64,000 bases of DNA from an uncultured Chryseobacterium sp. (GTDB taxonomy: Bacteria; Bacteroidota; Bacteroidia; UBA10329): assembly GCA_964488095.1 (NCBI GenBank), contig CAZATP010000014.1, forward strand, positions 6,553-70,552. The letters are read 5' to 3'. The stretch's first letter is position 1; the number at the start of each line of letters is the position of its first letter. This document shows, one piece after another, positions 59,921 through 64,000 of the stretch. The translations under genes were made by a program, and so were the position numbers. The notes under the pieces were generated by a model. It made no database searches, had not been told where the DNA came from, and saw only the letters and a list, made by a program, of their open reading frames with translations.

Positions 59921-61651
59921 TCACGGGTGGATAAGGTTCACCCTGCGCACCACACTGCCCGCGCTGCTATCGTACCGCACCAGATACACTCCGGTGGGGA
60001 ATGCGCTGATGTCCATGCGGAGGCGGCCATCGGTGGTCTGCTCGCTGTGGAGGAGGCGACCTGTCATGTCGGTTATGGATACGGTGGCCTCCACCCTATC
60101 GGCAGCGATCACGTCAAAGATTCCGTTGGTAGGATTGGGATAGATACGCAGGTCGGCCAGGCGGGCATCCGAAATGGAGGTGATAGCATCCAGCACTTCG
60201 AACTTCCACCAGCCCTGTGGCGCGGTGATGGGCCTCACCTGCTCCTTGCCGTTGTTGGCCTCTGCGTGGATGTAGTAGAACACCTCCTCGCCCGCTGCCT
60301 GATAGGGGATGTGGCCCGTCCAAGTGGCATTGACGGGGTCGGTGAGGGTCATGGGCACGGGCTGATAGCCCACTGCGGTGTCGATGCTCCAATAGACCTG
60401 TGCCGACTGGATGCCTGATGCATGGCGGATGAGGGCGTTCACGGCATAGTCCTGTGTGACGTAGGGCGTGTCGTCCAGCGGTTGGTGCGAGATGAGCAGC
60501 GGGTCGTTGCTCTGCACCGCCTTGGTGATGCAATGGATGGCCCCGCTGGCCGAGATGATGGTGTTGCAGTCCAGCCCCACCACCTTGTAGCCCGGCAGTG
60601 CCTCGCGGTAGATGCGCAGGGCGGTGGTGTCATACTGTTGTGTGTAGGTGGGCACGAGGATGGTCTTGTTGACGAACACCGAGTTGGTGTAGGTGCGATA
60701 GTCGCCCCCGTTGTTGGGATACTGGTTCCCATCGGGCGGCATGGGGATACGGATGACCTTGTAGGGCGTGCCGTAGACCGACATGAAATTGTTGAGCACA
60801 TACTGGAGGTTGGCCTCTATCTGCGGGCCATCGGCCACCCCGGCAGGGTATTGGCCCACGAGCAGGGTCTCCTCGTCCAGCAGTTTCATGTGCATGTCGA
60901 TGTGGTGGATGCCGTCATAGGGCAGCGTATTCATCTTTATATAGCGGTCAATGCCCATGAAATCGGAGAGGATGTCATCGATCTGGCCTTCGGTCTTGGC
61001 ACTTACCCCGTAAGGATTGCCCGGCTCGTTCTCCTCCAGAATCAGCTCGGAGGCGAAGGCGGTACCGAAACCATCGACCATGAAATTGCCGCCCGTGTTC
61101 ACCAGATCGGTGGGGGATACGGTGGTCTCATACAGCGGGATGTCGAGCAATTCTGACAGGGCCACCGGGATCACATCGTCCAACGGGCGCGGGCGGTTGT
61201 AGATCCAGTCCACCCACATCAGCTCGCCCACTTCATCGTCATAGATGTTCCACTGGCCGTAATCGCGGAACCAGACGCTGTTGCTGGGTTCGTTCACAAA
61301 GACCACGTTCTGCGTGTTCACCCCGCCCTGAGCAAGATACGTGCTCACATCGTTGGCGAATTGAGTCACGATATAGACCGTCACCTCTTCCTTGGCATGG
61401 CGCACAATATTGCGCAGCAGCACTTGATACGCGCTGGTCCACCGGATGCAGAGACCATCGCTCTCCTCCCACTCTGCCGGGGTGCGCACAGGCCCGGCAG
61501 GCGGTGTGGTGAATCCTCTGGAAGAAAGCGCAGGCCGTGCGAGGGGCAGCATGGTGCGCTCCTGTTCCGTGAGGCCCTTCGGGAGGTCCTGTGCATGGGA
61601 ATGGGCGGCAAAAAGCAGAAGGAAGGGCAGAAGGAGGAGTGATTTCCGCAT
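59921..61651 (-). CDS. Porphyromonas-type peptidylarginine/agmatine deiminase homolog carrying a T9SS CTD
   Basis: Signal peptide, a deiminase fold with catalytic-Cys motif GAIHCIT, and a C-terminal CTD LRIYPNPTNGIFDV...MTGRLLHSEQTTDGRLRMDISAFPTGVYLVRY...RRVNLIHP. Confidence 0.65.
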   Translation of the reverse strand: MRKSLLLLPFLLLFAAHSHAQDLPKGLTEQERTMLPLARPALSSRGFTTPPAGPVRTPAEWEESDGLCIRWTSAYQVLLRNIVRHAKEEVTVYIVTQFANDVSTYLAQGGVNTQNVVFVNEPSNSVWFRDYGQWNIYDDEVGELMWVDWIYNRPRPLDDVIPVALSELLDIPLYETTVSPTDLVNTGGNFMVDGFGTAFASELILEENEPGNPYGVSAKTEGQIDDILSDFMGIDRYIKMNTLPYDGIHHIDMHMKLLDEETLLVGQYPAGVADGPQIEANLQYVLNNFMSVYGTPYKVIRIPMPPDGNQYPNNGGDYRTYTNSVFVNKTILVPTYTQQYDTTALRIYREALPGYKVVGLDCNTIISASGAIHCITKAVQSNDPLLISHQPLDDTPYVTQDYAVNALIRHASGIQSAQVYWSIDTAVGYQPVPMTLTDPVNATWTGHIPYQAAGEEVFYYIHAEANNGKEQVRPITAPQGWWKFEVLDAITSISDARLADLRIYPNPTNGIFDVIAADRVEATVSITDMTGRLLHSEQTTDGRLRMDISAFPTGVYLVRYDSSAGSVVRRVNLIHP

Positions 61652-61778
61652 TGGCAGGTGGTGGGTGATGTGTCAAATGTACAGAAGTGACATCACCACC
61701 GTGCAAGCTGACGGACAACAGCAAACCATGCCAAAAGTCAAGCCTACGGCCCCATGGCGGGGTATCTTTGCCGCCCGC

Positions 61779-62420
61779 ATGATGAAACAACGCACATTGA
61801 CGCTGGGCGAGGAGATGGCCAACGCCATTTCGCACGGAGTGGGATTCCTTCTGGCACTGGTGGCCCTGCCGGTGCTGATGGTGGTAAGCTATCAGAACTC
61901 GACCACCATTGGTCTGCTGGGCACGGTGGTCTATGCGTTCTCGCTGCTGCTGATGTTCGCCTCATCCACCATCTACCATGCGCTGACAGGCCCAAGGTCG
62001 AAGATGGTGATGAAGAAGATGGACCACATCAGCATCTACTTCCTCATCGCAGGCAGCTACACCATCGTCATCCTCAACCGCATGCTGAACCCCACGGGAT
62101 TCACCTTCCTGGCGGTGCTGTGGGGCATGGCGGCCGTGGGCATCTGGTTCAAGGCCAAGTATGCGCACCGGTTCAACTTCTTCAGCACCATGGTCTACAT
62201 CTTCATGGCCTACATCCTGCTGTTCAGTCCGTGGGAATTTCTGGGCGCCCTGTCGCGCGATGGGGCCATGCTGCTCATTGCGGGGGGCATTCTCTACACC
62301 ATCGGGGCGGTGTTCTACCTGTGGAAGAGCCTGCCGTGGGGCCACACCGTGTGGCACATGCTGGTGCTGGCCGCGGCCGTGTGCCACTATCTGGGCTTCC
62401 TGCGCGAGCTCGCCCCGTAG
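61779..62420 (+). CDS. Hemolysin-III / PAQR-family channel protein
   Basis: Seven TM segments, EEMANAISHG near the N-terminus, and conserved His-containing loops (HALTG, HxxV). The start is atg at 61779. Confidence 0.75.
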   Translation: MMKQRTLTLGEEMANAISHGVGFLLALVALPVLMVVSYQNSTTIGLLGTVVYAFSLLLMFASSTIYHALTGPRSKMVMKKMDHISIYFLIAGSYTIVILNRMLNPTGFTFLAVLWGMAAVGIWFKAKYAHRFNFFSTMVYIFMAYILLFSPWEFLGALSRDGAMLLIAGGILYTIGAVFYLWKSLPWGHTVWHMLVLAAAVCHYLGFLRELAP

Positions 62421-62580
62421 CGGGTCGGGGTGTCAGGTTTTCAGCAGATCAGCTTTTCAGAAAAGCTCATTCAGACATGCCCTGAACTGTGGACAACCTG
62501 ATGTGCTTAGAACCTGATCTGCTGAAAACCTGACCACCTGATATGCTGAAAATCTGACCGCCTGATTACCTGACCGCCTC
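62421..62580. repeat. Degenerate tandem repeats in the intergenic region between the hlyIII and GNAT genes
   Basis: Units ctgaaaa(c/t)ctgacc(a/g)cctgat recur 2-3 times, with related gatcagcttttcag / gatctgctgaaaa inverted copies. Confidence 0.5.
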
Positions 62581-63508
62581 ACAGCAGCTTCAGCAGTTTC
62601 GACCCTGTGCGTCTGATCTCGAAATAGGGCATCTGCATGCCCCCGAAAGCACGGAAGAACCGCTCGATGGGCTCGTTGATGCTGCCCTCGAAATTGAATG
62701 CGCGGGTCACGGTGGACGAATGGCGGATGGCCTCCCACAGCAGCAGGCTCATCACCCCCGATGTGCGCGCCTCCGGAAGCACGGCCCCGGCCAGGTAGTA
62801 GGCGCTGCTGCTGTCCCACACGATGAAGACGGCCGACACCGTGCGCCCGGACGCATCGCTGGCATGGAACACCGCCCCTGACCCCGCTGCCTGCGCGGCC
62901 TTGAAGATGCCCGTGAGGTACTTCCGGCTGATGGGCAGTTTCTCCTTCTTGAGGTCGAAGTCCATTTTGAGCAGGTCGAACAGCGTGTTCACCTCCTCGG
63001 CCCGGGTCACGGTGAGCTGCGCCTCCGCTTTCTTGATCTCCCTGCGGATGTTGCCCTGCAGGCCGTCATACACCGCATCCATGTCGCTGAGGTCGGGCAG
63101 GATGTACGTGTAGCGGGTGGTCTGCGTGAAGCCCTGCCAATGGAAGGGCAGCCAGTTGGTCACGGCCGGGTGGAAATACTGCACAAAGCGGTCGGTGGTG
63201 GGCAGCTGCGCGATGAGCGCGTCCATCATCTTCTTCTCGAATGAGAGGCGCGAGGCCTGCTTCTGCCCCTCCGGATAATGTAGCCACGGCCCGAGGTAGG
63301 GTGTGAGCGGGGGCATGGTGATGATGTCAAAACCCATCTTCCGCTTGTGGAAATAGGGCAGGAATGCCTGCACATCGTTGGGCTGGCCCACCAGCGCCAC
63401 GTCCCAGTGCGCCTCATCGGCAATGGTATCGAGCCACTCGGCACATAGGAAGAGCGGGATGTCGCTGCGCTGCGCGCACCATCTGCGGAAAGTCTCGCGG
63501 TGGCTCAT
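62579..63508 (-). CDS. GNAT-fold / FemAB-like acyltransferase of unknown specificity
   Basis: 309 aa with a FemAB-like bilobed acetyltransferase pattern. Its start overlaps the upstream gene's stop by 4 nt. Confidence 0.5.
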   Translation of the reverse strand: MSHRETFRRWCAQRSDIPLFLCAEWLDTIADEAHWDVALVGQPNDVQAFLPYFHKRKMGFDIITMPPLTPYLGPWLHYPEGQKQASRLSFEKKMMDALIAQLPTTDRFVQYFHPAVTNWLPFHWQGFTQTTRYTYILPDLSDMDAVYDGLQGNIRREIKKAEAQLTVTRAEEVNTLFDLLKMDFDLKKEKLPISRKYLTGIFKAAQAAGSGAVFHASDASGRTVSAVFIVWDSSSAYYLAGAVLPEARTSGVMSLLLWEAIRHSSTVTRAFNFEGSINEPIERFFRAFGGMQMPYFEIRRTGSKLLKLL

Positions 63509-64000
63509 CGCTGAGGTACAGACCGTGGGAAGACCTCCTGCAGCGCCTTCACCTCCTCGGCCTTCTCCGGGTTGCCCATCCGGGTGTACGACAGCACCAG
63601 GTTGTTCGTCATGCGATAGACCATCTCCAGCGGGGTGGCCGGCCGCAGGATGCGCTCATCGGGCTCCACGTTCATCTTCTTGAGGAACCGCAGCACCTCG
63701 GGCTTGCCGAACACCGCGCCCCGGTTGAAAGGGTTGATGTAGAACAGCATCGCGGTGGGGTCGGGCTGGTGGATGTCGCGGTAGCCGAGCGAGAAATGCT
63801 CGGGCAGGTTGATGCCCACGATGGGGATGTCGAGCTGCCGGGCCAGGATCACCGTGATGATGCCGAGCGACAGCGGATTGCCCTTGTGGCTTTCGAGCAC
63901 CGTGTTGATGAAGGAGTTCTGCGGGGCGATGTAGTTCTGCGTGTTGCCCGAGAATCCATGCACCTCATACAGGATGTGGTTCATCACCCTAACGGTCTCC
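63505..64000 (-). CDS. Transglutaminase-like/SirB1-family protein, probably 5'-partial (runs off the window end)
   Basis: NPLSLGIITVILARQLDIPIVGINLPEHF core. The frame stays open to the window end. Confidence 0.5.
   Translation of the reverse strand, partial: ETVRVMNHILYEVHGFSGNTQNYIAPQNSFINTVLESHKGNPLSLGIITVILARQLDIPIVGINLPEHFSLGYRDIHQPDPTAMLFYINPFNRGAVFGKPEVLRFLKKMNVEPDERILRPATPLEMVYRMTNNLVLSYTRMGNPEKAEEVKALQEVFPRSVPQR

Overview
This 64 kb window looks like chromosomal DNA from a high-GC (about 57-60%) member of the Bacteroidota. The evidence for that placement is several proteins carrying type-IX-secretion (T9SS) C-terminal sorting domains (CTDs), a PorV/PorQ-like beta-barrel, TonB-dependent-receptor-like genes, a thrombospondin-repeat OmpA, HxlR and MORN proteins, and a conserved rpsO-pnp pair.

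Most of the window is housekeeping: sppA, folK, a deoxynucleoside kinase, mutS, alaS, greA, ruvC, class-I fba, accD, rpsO, pnp, rpe, hldD, two RNA methyltransferases, an Omp85-family protein, and tRNA-Gly(GCC) plus tRNA-Leu(TAA).

What stands out:
- A roughly 1.5 kb islet sits inside the 3' end of a UvrD-like helicase/PD-(D/E)XK nuclease gene. It is bounded by 121-bp direct repeats of about 92% identity, which preserve a displaced in-frame copy of the gene's 3' end. It carries a VapB-like/PIN toxin-antitoxin pair and a lipoprotein gene of about 40% GC.
- A 9 kb envelope module encodes a 1255-aa TonB-dependent-receptor-like barrel, a 1346-aa secreted protein with a T9SS CTD, and a PorV/PorQ-family barrel. 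It could be a divergent porU-porV locus or a dedicated cargo/shuttle set.
- Two adjacent T9SS cargos, one of them a Porphyromonas-type deiminase homolog, share a CTD that is about 90% identical at the DNA level over 66 nt.
- A 159-aa protein is essentially signal peptide plus CTD and nothing else.
- A second VapBC-like pair is wedged between pnp and rpe.
- A perfect palindrome lies just upstream of alaS, and a compound inverted repeat lies upstream of accD.

No rRNA, CRISPR array, transposase or integrase was seen. All functional calls rest on motif and domain recognition by eye and need confirmation by profile searches.
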